Below, piece after piece: positions 9,213 through 18,092 of a stretch of 33,816 bases of DNA. Positions within the stretch are counted from its first letter, which is position 1; each line of letters begins with the position of its first letter. The translations under genes and the position numbers were made by a program. The notes beneath the pieces were generated by a model that was not told the DNA's origin, did no database searches, and saw only the letters and a list, made by a program, of their open reading frames with translations. Source of the DNA: Patescibacteria group bacterium (lineage in GTDB: Bacteria; Patescibacteriota; Minisyncoccia; Phycocordibacterales; JBBUEZ01); assembly GCA_038056715.1 (NCBI GenBank), contig JBBUEZ010000012.1, positions 1 to 33,816 on the forward strand, read 5' to 3'.

Positions 9213-10406
9213 ATGGCAGAAGCATTTAAGCGTGAAAAGCCCCATGTGAACGTCGGCACCATCGGTCACGTTGACCACGGGAAGACGACGCTCACCGCGG
9301 CTATTTTGAATTCTCTCCATTTGTCCGGCCAGAAGGTCCGCATGGAGAAAATTGACCAGATTGACAACGCGCCGGAAGAGAAGGCGCGCGGTATTACGAT
9401 TTCTCTCCACCACTCGGAGTATGAGACGGCGGCTCGCCACTATGCGCATATTGACGCGCCCGGCCATGCCGACTACATCAAGAACATGATTACCGGCGCC
9501 GCGCAGATGGACGGCGCGATTTTGGTTGTTGCTGCGACTGACGGCGTGATGCCACAGACGCGCGAGCATATCCTGCTTGCAAAGCAAGTCGGAGTACCGA
9601 AAATTATCGTCTTCTTGAACAAGGTGGACATGGTGGACGATCCTGATCTTATTGATCTCGTTGAGGAAGAAGTACGCGAGGTTCTCACGAAATATGGATT
9701 TGACGGAAAAGAAACGCCGATCATTCGCGGTTCCGGCTTGAAAGCGCTGGAAGCCAAAGATGCAAATGATGAGTGGGTAAAAAAGGTTCTTGAACTCATG
9801 AATGCTTTGGATACCTACATTCCCGTTCCGGAGCGCGAGATAGACAAGCCGTTCTTGATGCCCGTGGAAGACATTTTCTCCATTGAAGGGCGCGGTACCG
9901 TGGTGACGGGCCGTATTGAGCGCGGAAAGGTGAAGGTTGGCGAGGAAATTGAGATAGTTGGACTCAAAGATACCGCGAAAACAACGGTAACCGGCATTGA
10001 GATGTTCAACAAATCGCTTGATGAAGGCATGGCGGGCGACAACGCCGGCATTCTTTTGCGCGGCACAAAGAAAGAAGATATCACTCGCGGGCAGGTGCTC
10101 GCAAAGCCGGGGACGGTTACTCCGCACACGGAGTTTGAATCGGAAGTGTACATCTTGAAGAAAGAGGAAGGCGGCCGCCACACTCCGTTCTTCACCGGTT
10201 ATAAGCCGCAGTTCTACATGCGCACCACCGACGTGACCGGAGAGGTAACATTGAAAGAGGGCGTGGAAATGGTCATGCCGGGCGACACGGTCACATTCAA
10301 GGTGAAGTTGGTCGCGCCCGTTGCTCTTGAAGAGAAACAGCGCTTCGCAATTCGCGAGGGCGGCAAGACCGTCGGCGCGGGAGTTGTGACAAAGGTTGTT
10401 GCGTAA
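9213..10406 (+). CDS. tuf: Elongation factor Tu
   Basis: [34 protein letters not shown]. Confidence 0.99.
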   Translation: MAEAFKREKPHVNVGTIGHVDHGKTTLTAAILNSLHLSGQKVRMEKIDQIDNAPEEKARGITISLHHSEYETAARHYAHIDAPGHADYIKNMITGAAQMDGAILVVAATDGVMPQTREHILLAKQVGVPKIIVFLNKVDMVDDPDLIDLVEEEVREVLTKYGFDGKETPIIRGSGLKALEAKDANDEWVKKVLELMNALDTYIPVPEREIDKPFLMPVEDIFSIEGRGTVVTGRIERGKVKVGEEIEIVGLKDTAKTTVTGIEMFNKSLDEGMAGDNAGILLRGTKKEDITRGQVLAKPGTVTPHTEFESEVYILKKEEGGRHTPFFTGYKPQFYMRTTDVTGEVTLKEGVEMVMPGDTVTFKVKLVAPVALEEKQRFAIREGGKTVGAGVVTKVVA

Positions 10407-10418
10407 ATGTAGATACCA

Positions 10419-10521
10419 ACACGACACCAATCCACGAATGAAAACGAATGACGCAAATAAAAGAGACAAATGAGAAAGCCATTCGTGTCATTCGCGCGCT
10501 CATTCGTAATTTGTGTCGTGT
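10419..10521. repeat. CGAAT-family hairpin element (tuf/rpsJ)
   Basis: ACACGACACCAATCCACGAATGAAAACGAATGACGCAAAT ... ATTCGTGTCATTCGCGCGCTCATTCGTAATTTGTGTCGTGT. Confidence 0.9.
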
Positions 10522-10530
10522 ACATATAGT

Positions 10531-10908
10531 ATGACAAAAATAAAAAAAACTCCGGTGCGCGCAAAAAAAGCCGTATCTGCAAAAGCGCCCAAAATGGAAG
10601 ATATCGGCAAACTCCGCATTCGCGTACGCGCGTATGAAAACAAGGTATTGGATGCGTCTGTCAAACAGATCATTGATACCGCGATGCGCTATGACGCGCG
10701 CGTGGTGGGGCCGGTACCGCTCCCCACGGAAATTAAAAAGTACACGGTAAATCGTTCAACGTTCGTGCACAAAAATGCGCGCGAGCAGTTTGAAATGCGC
10801 GTGCATAAGCGAGTTCTTGATATCGTCAATCCCACTCCTAAAATCGTTGAAGCGCTCACGAACATGAACCTTCCTTCCGGAGTAAATGTGGATGTAAAAA
10901 TGAGTTAA
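10531..10908 (+). CDS. rpsJ: 30S ribosomal protein S10
   Basis: GPVPLPT, REQFEMRVHKR. Confidence 0.98.
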   Translation: MTKIKKTPVRAKKAVSAKAPKMEDIGKLRIRVRAYENKVLDASVKQIIDTAMRYDARVVGPVPLPTEIKKYTVNRSTFVHKNAREQFEMRVHKRVLDIVNPTPKIVEALTNMNLPSGVNVDVKMS

Positions 10909-11005
10909 CGCGGCACCAATTACGAATGAGCGCGAATGACACGAATACCACGCAGAGAAATTTTTATTCGTGTCATTTGTTTTCATTCGCGGATTTGTGT
11001 TGTGT
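10908..11005. repeat. CGAAT-family hairpin element (rpsJ/rplC), arms in inverted order
   Basis: ACGCGGCACCAATTACGAATGAGCGCGAATGACACGAAT ... ATTCGTGTCATTTGTTTTCATTCGCGGATTTGTGTTGTGT. Confidence 0.9.
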
Positions 11006-11014
11006 TTTAAAAAA

Positions 11015-11629
11015 ATGGCATTTATATTAGGCACAAAAGAAGAGATGACGCAGGTGTTTACCGAGAAGGGCGGGGCTATTCCTGTTACGGCGATAAAAAC
11101 AGGACCTCTCACGGTTACCCAAGTGAAAACAAAGGAAAAAGACGGGTATACTGCGGTACAGGTCGGATTTGGTTCCAAGAAAGAGAATCGTATTTCTAAG
11201 CCGATGAAAGGGCACTTGAAGGGCATGGGTCCTTTTCGTTTTTTGCGCGAATTTCGCGTCACGGATGGTGAATGGAAAACAGGGGATTCCATTCTCCCTA
11301 CTTTATTTGAAGAAGGAGATCGTGTTACTGTTTCTGGTATTACAAAAGGAAAAGGATTTCAGGGTGTGGTGAAGCGGCACGGATTTAAGGGAGGACCGCG
11401 CACGCACGGGCAGAAGCACTCGGAGCGCGAGGCGGGATCCATTGGAGGCGGCGGGCGCGCCGGCGGACGTGTCGCAAAAGGCATGCGGATGCCGGGGAGA
11501 ATGGGCGCGGATCGCGTTACAGTAAAGAACCTGAAGATCGTGTCCATTGATGCGGAAGGAGGAGTACTGTATATAAATGGCGCCGTTCCGGGACGTCGCG
11601 GCACACTACTAGAGATAAGAAGTCTGTAA
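11015..11629 (+). CDS. rplC: 50S ribosomal protein L3
   Basis: DGYTAVQVG, TKGKGFQGVVKRHGF, NGAVPG. Confidence 0.98.
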   Translation: MAFILGTKEEMTQVFTEKGGAIPVTAIKTGPLTVTQVKTKEKDGYTAVQVGFGSKKENRISKPMKGHLKGMGPFRFLREFRVTDGEWKTGDSILPTLFEEGDRVTVSGITKGKGFQGVVKRHGFKGGPRTHGQKHSEREAGSIGGGGRAGGRVAKGMRMPGRMGADRVTVKNLKIVSIDAEGGVLYINGAVPGRRGTLLEIRSL

Positions 11630-11710
11630 AGTCACAAAGTCTATAAAGTTCATAAAGTAAAAAGCAGACGGAGACTTTACGGGCTTTCGACTTTATAGAC
11701 TTTATGGACT
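11620..11710. repeat. AAAGT-family hairpin element (rplC/rplD)
   Basis: AAGTCTGTAAAGTCACAAAGTCTATAAAGTTCATAAAGT ... ACTTTACGGGCTTTCGACTTTATAGACTTTATGGACT. Confidence 0.9.
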
Positions 11711-11718
11711 AAATAATC

Positions 11719-12384
11719 ATGGACGCCAAAATCTACAACACAGAGGGAAAGGAAACAGGGAAGATGACGCTTCCCGCAAGTGTTTTTGGCGTGCAGTGGA
11801 ATGCTGACCTCGTGCATGAAGTGGTAACCGCGATGAAGGCAAATGCGCGCACGCCGGTTGCGCACACGAAAGGACGCGGAGAGGTCCGCGGAGGAGGGAA
11901 AAAGCCGTGGAAACAGAAAGGAACTGGTCGCGCGCGACATGGATCTTCTCGTTCTCCGATTTGGATCGGCGGTGGTATTACCCACGGACCGCGTAAAGAA
12001 AAATCATACGCGCAAAAGATTAATAAAAAGTCCGCAGCGCGCGCGCTTGTTATGATGCTTTCTCGGAAATGGAAAGACGGGGAAATTCTTTTTGTTGATG
12101 ATTTTAATATGTCGGAGCGAAAAACCTCTCAAGCGAAAAAAGTTTTGAGCACCCTCTCTGCCGTTCCGGGATTCTCAATCGTACAAAAGAAAAGAAACGC
12201 GGCGCTCATTACAATTCCGACAAACGATGAAAACGTAAAGAAAAGTTTCCGTAATATCGGCAACGTGGCGGTTGAAGAGGCGCGCAATATAAATCCGGCA
12301 GATCTTCTTTCGTACAAATATATTGTCGTGGCTGGACCGAAGGAAAGCATTGCGATGTGGGAGAAAAGGGTAAGCAAGAAATAA
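11719..12384 (+). CDS. rplD: 50S ribosomal protein L4
   Basis: KPWKQKGTGRARHGS. Confidence 0.98.
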   Translation: MDAKIYNTEGKETGKMTLPASVFGVQWNADLVHEVVTAMKANARTPVAHTKGRGEVRGGGKKPWKQKGTGRARHGSSRSPIWIGGGITHGPRKEKSYAQKINKKSAARALVMMLSRKWKDGEILFVDDFNMSERKTSQAKKVLSTLSAVPGFSIVQKKRNAALITIPTNDENVKKSFRNIGNVAVEEARNINPADLLSYKYIVVAGPKESIAMWEKRVSKK

Positions 12385-12388
12385 TCAG

Positions 12389-12488
12389 CAATTATCAACG
12401 ACCAATTTTCAATAAATTTTCAATGACACAATGCCTTAATTGAAAATTGATTCATTAATTGAACATTGTGAATTGGTAATTGAGCATT
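12389..12488. repeat. CAAT-family hairpin element, empty (rplD/rplW)
   Basis: CAATTATCAACGACCAATTTTCAATAAATTTTCAATGACACAAT ... ATTGAAAATTGATTCATTAATTGAACATTGTGAATTGGTAATTGAGCATT. Confidence 0.88.
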
Positions 12489-12495
12489 AAACAGT

Positions 12496-12864
12496 ATGGC
12501 TATATTCAAGAAAACAAAAAAAGGAAAGACAGTAAAGGAATCAATAAAGGCGGAGACACGCGCTTCTGTAACATCTACGCCAACACCTCATTCGTATGCG
12601 CATGTACTTCTTTCTCCGCGCGTAACGGAAAAAGCGAGCGACCTTTCGGCTCATAACGCATATGTGTTTAATATAGATCCGCGTTCCGGAAAGAAGGATG
12701 TTGCCGCGGCAGTGAAAGCGGTTTATAATGTTTCCCCGATCTCTATTGCAACCATGCGAGTTCCCGGGAAGAAGACGAATCTTCGCGGGCGGAAAGGGAA
12801 GACCGCATCGGGCAAAAAAGCAATCGTGTATCTAAAGAAAGGAGAGAAGATAGAAGTTGTATAA
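12496..12864 (+). CDS. rplW: 50S ribosomal protein L23
   Basis: PRVTEKA, KKAIVYLKKG; operon position. Confidence 0.96.
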   Translation: MAIFKKTKKGKTVKESIKAETRASVTSTPTPHSYAHVLLSPRVTEKASDLSAHNAYVFNIDPRSGKKDVAAAVKAVYNVSPISIATMRVPGKKTNLRGRKGKTASGKKAIVYLKKGEKIEVV

Positions 12865-12910
12865 CACGACACTAATCCACGAATGTGCACGAATGACACG
12901 AATGAAAACA
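12864..12910. repeat. CGAAT-family solo left arm (rplW/rplB)
   Basis: ACACGACACTAATCCACGAATGTGCACGAATGACACGAATGAAAACA with no right arm. Confidence 0.85.
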
Positions 12911-12920
12911 ATCAATAATC

Positions 12921-13766
12921 ATGAAATCATACCGTCCCACAACAAAATCTCGACGCCACATGACGACCGTCACCTACGACGGAGTTATTACCCCCGGACG
13001 TCCGCACAAAAAATTGGTTAAAGGAGGAAAGCGATTTGTCGGACGCAACAGCGCAGGACGCATCACCGTGCGCCACAAGGGGGGCGGACACAAACGTTCA
13101 TTCCGTGACGTTGATTTCACCTATAACAAACGCGACATCCCCGCCCGCGTTGAGGCGATTCACTACGACCCAAACCGAACTGGGTTTCTTGCGCTTGTCT
13201 GTTACCGAGACGGAGAACGCCGCTACGTTCTTGCTCATGGAACAATGAAAATCGGGGACACGTTCATTGTGTCAAAGACCGCCGATATCAAAACAGGGAA
13301 CCGCACCGTACTTTCTCACATTCCTGTCGGCACATTTGTGTACAACGTTGAATTAAAACCAAACGGGGGTGCGCGAATCGCGCGTTCTGCCGGCGTGTAT
13401 GCGGAGGTCATCGCAAACGATGAAGGATATGCGCAAATCAAGATGCCATCAGGCGAAGTGCGCAAGGTGTTAAATACTTGCTTTGCTTCTATCGGCGCCG
13501 TTTCAAACGAAGAATATCAGAACATGGTCATCGGAAAAGCGGGACGCTCGCGCTGGATGGGTATTCGCCCGACCGTTCGCGGTTCTGCCATGAACCCGGT
13601 AGACCATCCATACGGAGGAGGTGAAGGGCGCCAAGGCCGCGGACGCAAGCGCGCGGTGTCTCTCTGGGGCAAGCCGACCGGAAAGGGTCAAAAAACCCGC
13701 CGTCCAAAGAAGTATTCAAACGTCTTTATTGTTTCCCGCCGTCCAGTGGGGAAGAAGAAGGGGTAG
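12921..13766 (+). CDS. rplB: 50S ribosomal protein L2
   Basis: YDPNRT, RPTVRGSAMNPVDHPYGGGEG. Confidence 0.99.
   Translation: MKSYRPTTKSRRHMTTVTYDGVITPGRPHKKLVKGGKRFVGRNSAGRITVRHKGGGHKRSFRDVDFTYNKRDIPARVEAIHYDPNRTGFLALVCYRDGERRYVLAHGTMKIGDTFIVSKTADIKTGNRTVLSHIPVGTFVYNVELKPNGGARIARSAGVYAEVIANDEGYAQIKMPSGEVRKVLNTCFASIGAVSNEEYQNMVIGKAGRSRWMGIRPTVRGSAMNPVDHPYGGGEGRQGRGRKRAVSLWGKPTGKGQKTRRPKKYSNVFIVSRRPVGKKKG
13729..13766 (+). repeat. Direct repeat copy 1 (rplB 3' end)
   Basis: TTGTTTCCCGCCGTCCAGTGGGGAAGAAGAAGGGGTAG. Confidence 0.9.
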
Positions 13767-13806
13767 CCTAAAAATCTCCGCGTAATCTGTGGGGTTATTC
13801 AGAGAG

Positions 13807-13836
13807 TTGACTTTTTTATTACGAGGAGTGTATACT
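13807..13836 (+). promoter_or_regulatory. Putative sigma70 promoter pointing at a hairpin
   Basis: TTGACT-18-TATACT. Confidence 0.55.
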
Positions 13837-13850
13837 ACAGGCATCAATAC

Positions 13851-13898
13851 GAAAAGGGATCCGAAAGGTGCTTGTGCCTTAGGAGCCCTTTTCTTTTT
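13851..13898. terminator. Long hairpin / bidirectional terminator
   Basis: GAAAAGGG-ATCC..AAGGTGC..GCCTT-AGGA-GCCCTTTTC-TTTTT. Confidence 0.7.
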
Positions 13899-13904
13899 AT
13901 GTAT

Positions 13905-14399
13905 CTACTGGATGTACTTTTTTATGTTCCCCAGATAGTCAAAAAACTCTGATCCTAGCTTCTTATACAATGAGGATGCGAATTTTTTGTTAGGAAATAA
14001 TATCTTTTTAAATTTATCCTTCCCAATCAAATAATCAACAAGTTTTTTGTAATCCCCATCACCAGACACGAGAATAATCTTGTTAAATTCATGATTATCA
14101 ACAAGATTTTTCATGATCTCGAATACAATATCAGTATCCACATTCCCTTTTTTCTTTGCGAGGAGTTTTGAGGTATGCTCTTTGAATACAACGATGAAGC
14201 CTGCTTTCTGTATCTCATTATACAAATCTTCATTATCGTTGTTCACATATCCAAGAAAATAATATGCTTCGGAGACTGCATATTTATCTTTCAAATATAT
14301 CCTGAACTTGGCGAGATTGACGATCCAGTTTTCCTCTTTCGTACCAAGATATAGATTCTGTCCATCTACAAAAGCGAGGTTGGTTTTGTTTCTCTTCAT
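13905..14399 (-). CDS. NYN domain (LabA/DUF88, PIN-like) putative ribonuclease
   Basis: AFVDGQNL, KKGNVDTDI, LVSGDGDY; visibly AT-rich. Confidence 0.9.
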   Translation of the reverse strand: MKRNKTNLAFVDGQNLYLGTKEENWIVNLAKFRIYLKDKYAVSEAYYFLGYVNNDNEDLYNEIQKAGFIVVFKEHTSKLLAKKKGNVDTDIVFEIMKNLVDNHEFNKIILVSGDGDYKKLVDYLIGKDKFKKILFPNKKFASSLYKKLGSEFFDYLGNIKKYIQ

Positions 14400-14439
14400 T
14401 TTTGTATTATACCATTATTATCATAACCATTTATTTTCT

Positions 14440-14652
14440 ATGAAAATCACATATGACAAAGTGGCGGACGCCATGTACATATATTTGAATAAGGCAAAAG
14501 TTGCCAAGACGATTAAACTAAAAGGTCGCCTTTTAGCAGACGTTGATAAAAAGGGGAGAGTCATCGGCATAGAAGTTCTCAATGTTTCATCACAAATTCC
14601 TCTCAAACAAATTGCAAGTAGTGTGAAGACCGGCGTGCCTGTGTTTGCCTGA
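14440..14652 (+). CDS. DUF2283 family protein
   Basis: MKITYDKVADAMYIYL...ADVDKKGRVIGIEVLN. Confidence 0.88.
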   Translation: MKITYDKVADAMYIYLNKAKVAKTIKLKGRLLADVDKKGRVIGIEVLNVSSQIPLKQIASSVKTGVPVFA

Positions 14653-14656
14653 TTTT

Positions 14657-14697
14657 TTGTTTCCCGCCGTCCGGTGGGAAAGAAGAAGAAGGGGTAG
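14657..14697 (+). repeat. Direct repeat copy 2 (orphan rplB 3' end)
   Basis: TTGTTTCCCGCCGTCCGGTGGGAAAGAAGAAGAAGGGGTAG = VSRRPVGKKKKG*. Confidence 0.9.
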
Positions 14698-14865
14698 GAA
14701 GAAATTTATAGGTGTTGCGAAGGCCATGACACATTACCACGGAGGGTTGACTTTTTTGTGTATTTGATGTAAAAATGAACGCCGAGAAGGTTCTTTTATA
14801 TATTTTTCTACATAGGTGAAGCGGCCGCGGCTACCAGTGGCGACGTGTATTTTGGAGAAAATATC

Positions 14866-15711
14866 ATGCCTACAAAGACTGATCATGCGCGCTCTATGAG
14901 TGCCACACATACGTACTTCGATACTATTCCGGAGGAGCTGCGGTGGCTGTATCCTGCCACTCTCGGTATCTGGGAAATGGCGCCTGGTGATATCACCAGG
15001 GAGATGGTGATGCTGTTGAAATCTGGAGGCAAAGCGATCGTTACCCCGACCAAGGTCGGCTACATCGTGATGACGGTCGATAGCGAAGGGCTTGTGAAGA
15101 AATTCGCTATGAAGGGGCGCCCGAGGTCGAAACCCGGCGTCGTGCTCCTATCCAGCCTCGACCAACTCGAGGAGCTGGCGGTCGTCAATGACAACATCCG
15201 AGGGCTGTATCAGTCGTGCTGGCAGAAGGACATCCTACTCGGATGCATCCTTCCCTGGCATCTCGAGGCGGCTGATCGTTACATCCCACAAGACGGGGCA
15301 CGCGACATGGTGCAGGATGCACGCGGCACCTCGTGTTTCGTCATCAAGTATGGCGATCCGTCGGAGCGCATCGCGGCGCATCTCTGGGAGAACGATCGTA
15401 TGTTGTCATTTGCCTCTTCGGCGAACCCGTCCGGCAAGGGCAACCGCGGACAACTCCAGTATGTCGGCGACGATATCATCGCCAAGGCCGACCACCTGGT
15501 GTTCGCTGACAGCTTTGTCGCAGGCCAGCAGCCGGAGAAGACCATCGAGACGCGCTGGGAACAGGGCGTCATGGTGTCCATGGTCGATGGCGAGGGACAA
15601 CTCATCGACCTGCCCGTCGTGATCCGCCGGGGACTGGTTCTCGAGCAGGTCATGCTCGAGATGTCGAAGATTTATGACTCTTTTGACTATCGGCACGGGG
15701 CGTATCACTGA
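14866..15711 (+). CDS. YrdC/Sua5 (TsaC-like) domain protein
   Basis: PTKVGY, KGRPRSKP, SSANPSG match the YrdC PT..VY / KxR..KP / TSANxSG motifs; GGAG SD; GC-rich codon usage. Confidence 0.8.
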   Translation: MPTKTDHARSMSATHTYFDTIPEELRWLYPATLGIWEMAPGDITREMVMLLKSGGKAIVTPTKVGYIVMTVDSEGLVKKFAMKGRPRSKPGVVLLSSLDQLEELAVVNDNIRGLYQSCWQKDILLGCILPWHLEAADRYIPQDGARDMVQDARGTSCFVIKYGDPSERIAAHLWENDRMLSFASSANPSGKGNRGQLQYVGDDIIAKADHLVFADSFVAGQQPEKTIETRWEQGVMVSMVDGEGQLIDLPVVIRRGLVLEQVMLEMSKIYDSFDYRHGAYH

Positions 15712-15735
15712 TTCCTTGGGTTTGATATTCCCACT

Positions 15736-15766
15736 ACCCTCAGAACAGGTGTTCTGGGGGTTTTTT
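15736..15766 (+). terminator. Intrinsic terminator
   Basis: ACCCTCAGAAC-aggt-GTTCTGGGGGT-TTTTT. Confidence 0.75.
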
Positions 15767-15776
15767 ATATATTTAT

Positions 15777-15806
15777 TTGACATAACGCCTCAGTTTCTGT
15801 TAGGAT
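15777..15806 (+). promoter_or_regulatory. Putative promoter restarting the S10 operon at rpsS
   Basis: TTGACA-18-TAGGAT with TGn extended -10. Confidence 0.6.
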
Positions 15807-15845
15807 GTGCTTCAAGCTCGCTTAGAAGGGCTTTTATTTTTTGAT

Positions 15846-16208
15846 ATGACACGATCGCTTAAAAAAGGCCCGTACGTTGACGAACGGGTGATGAAGAAAA
15901 TTGCAGGGAAAAAACCGGGAGAAACCGGTGTTATTAAGACATGGGCGCGCGCATGTCAGATTCCGCCGGAAATGGTGGGATTTACATTTGGCGTACATAA
16001 CGGGAAGGAACATATTGAAGTTTTGATTGCGGAAGAGATGGTGGGGCATCGGTTGGGAGAGTTTTCCCCGACGCGCAAATTCCATCGCCACGGAGGAAAA
16101 ATGCAGAAAGAATTGGAGCAGAAAGCGAAGGAGTCCGAGATCGCGGCGGCACAGGCGGCGAAAGCGGGGGCAACCGATACAAAATCGGCACCGGCAAAAA
16201 GCAAATAA
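15846..16208 (+). CDS. rpsS: 30S ribosomal protein S19
   Basis: [24 protein letters not shown]-terminal extension. Confidence 0.98.
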   Translation: MTRSLKKGPYVDERVMKKIAGKKPGETGVIKTWARACQIPPEMVGFTFGVHNGKEHIEVLIAEEMVGHRLGEFSPTRKFHRHGGKMQKELEQKAKESEIAAAQAAKAGATDTKSAPAKSK

Positions 16209-16338
16209 CACGGCACCAATCCACAAATGAGCACGAATGACACGAATAATGATGCCGCCCCATTCGCGTCATTCGCATGTATTTGTGGATTGGTGTCGCA
16301 TTTATTCGTATATTCGTACCAGATTCGTAATTCGTAAT
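16208..16338. repeat. CGAAT-family hairpin plus an extra ATTCGTA right arm (rpsS/rplV)
   Basis: ACACGGCACCAATCCACAAATGAGCACGAATGACACGAAT ... ATTCGCGTCATTCGCATGTATTTGTGGATTGGTGTCGC, then ATTCGTATATTCGTACCAGATTCGTAATTCGTAAT. Confidence 0.9.
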
Positions 16339-16339
16339 C

Positions 16340-16696
16340 ATGAAAGCAATTCTTAAAAATTACCGCCAAGCGCCGCGCAAGGTACGACTCCTTGCGGATC
16401 TCGTGCGCGGAAAGGACGCACGGAAGGCGCTCATCACCCTTTCGTTTACCGATAAGCGCGCGGCCGCTCCGATTGCGAAGTTGATCAAGTCTGCAATCGC
16501 AAATGCAGGAATAAAAGGCGTTTCTGCCGAACATTTGTTCATTTCCGATATTCGTGTTGACAAAGGGGTAACGATGAAACGATCAATGCCGAAAGCGTTT
16601 GGACGCGCGGCACCGATCAATAAGCGTACGAGTAATTTGGTTGTTGCGCTTACTGAACGAACGGTAGAAGAGGCAAAGCCGAAAAAGTCAAAATGA
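16340..16696 (+). CDS. rplV: 50S ribosomal protein L22
   Basis: PRKVRLLADLVRGK, SAIANA, KRTSN. Confidence 0.97.
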   Translation: MKAILKNYRQAPRKVRLLADLVRGKDARKALITLSFTDKRAAAPIAKLIKSAIANAGIKGVSAEHLFISDIRVDKGVTMKRSMPKAFGRAAPINKRTSNLVVALTERTVEEAKPKKSK

Positions 16697-16703
16697 AAGA
16701 TAG

Positions 16704-16820
16704 CAATAATTTGCAATGATCAATTTACAATGTTCAATCAATACTCAATGAATCAATATTCCAATTGAAAATTGTGGCATTGAAAATTTAATGGAAATTG
16801 AGAATTGAAAATTGATAATT
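16704..16820. repeat. CAAT-family hairpin element, empty (rplV/rpsC)
   Basis: CAATGATCAATTTACAATGTTCAATCAATACTCAATGAATCAAT ... ATTGAAAATTGTGGCATTGAAAATTTAATGGAAATTGAGAATTGAAAATTGATAATT. Confidence 0.88.
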
Positions 16821-16838
16821 TATGTTACATTTACTACC

Positions 16839-17504
16839 ATGAGCAAAGTCATTCATCCATATTCGCATCGTTTAGGAATCATTCGCGGCTGGAAATCGCG
16901 CTGGTTTGGGGCGCGCGGCGAATACCAGAAATTCCTTCGCGGAGACGTATTGCTCCGAGAGTACTTGGAAAAGCGCCTTCGGAACAACTACATCGCTGAT
17001 ATTGAAATTGAACGCGGGGGTAAATCTATGAAAGTTCTCATAAAAACATCTCGTCCGGGCATGTTGATTGGACGCGCGGGAGAACATATGCAGAAATTGA
17101 AAAGTGATCTTGTGAAGGAAATGAGACGGCAGAAAGTATCGCTTCCAGCGGAGTTTTCCATTGATGTGGAAGAAGTCCGTTCCCCTGAATCAAATGCCGC
17201 AATCGTATCTCACATGATAGAAGAAGGCTTGGAGAAGCGTTTGCCGTTTCGCCGCGTGATCAAGCAGACGATAGAGAAGGTTATGGCAAACCGCGAAGTG
17301 AAGGGTGCGCGCATCGGGTTGTCGGGACGCTTGGGAGGCGCGGAAATGAGCAGAACGGAAGATTTGAAGAGAGGCGGGATTCCGCTCCAAACATTTCGCG
17401 CAGACATTGATTTTGCGCGCGGACGCGCGCATCTTCCGTACGGAGACATAGGTATCAAGGTGTGGATTTATAAAGGACAAGTTTTTGACAAGCAAAAACA
17501 GTAA
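16839..17504 (+). CDS. rpsC: 30S ribosomal protein S3
   Basis: RPGMLIGRAG, SGRLGGAEMSR, PLQTFRADIDF, GIKVWIYKG. Confidence 0.98.
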   Translation: MSKVIHPYSHRLGIIRGWKSRWFGARGEYQKFLRGDVLLREYLEKRLRNNYIADIEIERGGKSMKVLIKTSRPGMLIGRAGEHMQKLKSDLVKEMRRQKVSLPAEFSIDVEEVRSPESNAAIVSHMIEEGLEKRLPFRRVIKQTIEKVMANREVKGARIGLSGRLGGAEMSRTEDLKRGGIPLQTFRADIDFARGRAHLPYGDIGIKVWIYKGQVFDKQKQ

Positions 17505-17593
17505 AAAGTCCGTAAAGTCTGTAAAGTCCGTAAAGTAAAATGGAAATACGCCCCGATGACTTTATAGACTTTTGACTTTCAACTTTAAAGACT
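17505..17593. repeat. AAAGT-family hairpin element (rpsC/rplP)
   Basis: AAAGTCCGTAAAGTCTGTAAAGTCCGTAAAGT ... ACTTTATAGACTTTTGACTTTCAACTTTAAAGACT. Confidence 0.9.
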
Positions 17594-17598
17594 AAATT

Positions 17599-18021
17599 AT
17601 GTTATTTCCTAAAAAAGTAAAACACAGAAAATGGCAGAGAGACCGCGCGTATGGCGCGCGTCTTTTGCGACCGGATACACGGGGAACCGTTGTTTCCTTT
17701 GGATCATTCGGCGTGAAAGCGACATCACAGGCGCGCGTGCGCTCAAATCAGATAGAAGCGGCGCGTAAAACACTTTCGCGCGCACTAGGAAAGAATGGAC
17801 GAATTTGGATTCGCATTTTCCCCGATAGACCGTTTACACAAAAGGCGGCCGAGGTCGGCATGGGTAAGGGAAAAGGCGATTTAGCGGGGTATGAGTTTGA
17901 AGTGCGCCCGGGACGCGTGATTTTTGAAGTAGATGGGGTAACGGAGGCGGTTGCGCGCGAGAGTTTGCGCAAGGCGGGGACCAAACTCCCGCTCAAAACG
18001 CGCGTTGTTGCGCGAAGGTAA
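17599..18021 (+). CDS. rplP: 50S ribosomal protein L16
   Basis: QIEAAR, WIRIFPD, MGKGKG. Confidence 0.98.
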   Translation: MLFPKKVKHRKWQRDRAYGARLLRPDTRGTVVSFGSFGVKATSQARVRSNQIEAARKTLSRALGKNGRIWIRIFPDRPFTQKAAEVGMGKGKGDLAGYEFEVRPGRVIFEVDGVTEAVARESLRKAGTKLPLKTRVVARR

Positions 18022-18092
18022 AGTGTATGATACTTTGTTCCGACACCGCTCCTCGCTTGCCCGAACAGAAAGGCGCGTAGTATCACACAAAC

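Noticed and set aside
9038-9229. Small hydrophobic ORF before tuf
   Set aside because: Starts inside the predicted promoter, overlaps tuf and coincides with leader hairpins
9189-10469. Long antisense ORFs (426 aa opposite tuf; also 731-1777, 6380-7225, 25240-25908)
   Set aside because: Shadows of conserved sense genes, with no motifs
10970-11014. N-terminal extensions in the ORF track (rplC, rplN, rplF, secY, rpsC, rplO, fusA)
   Set aside because: They come from open frames through repeat arms; conserved starts lie downstream
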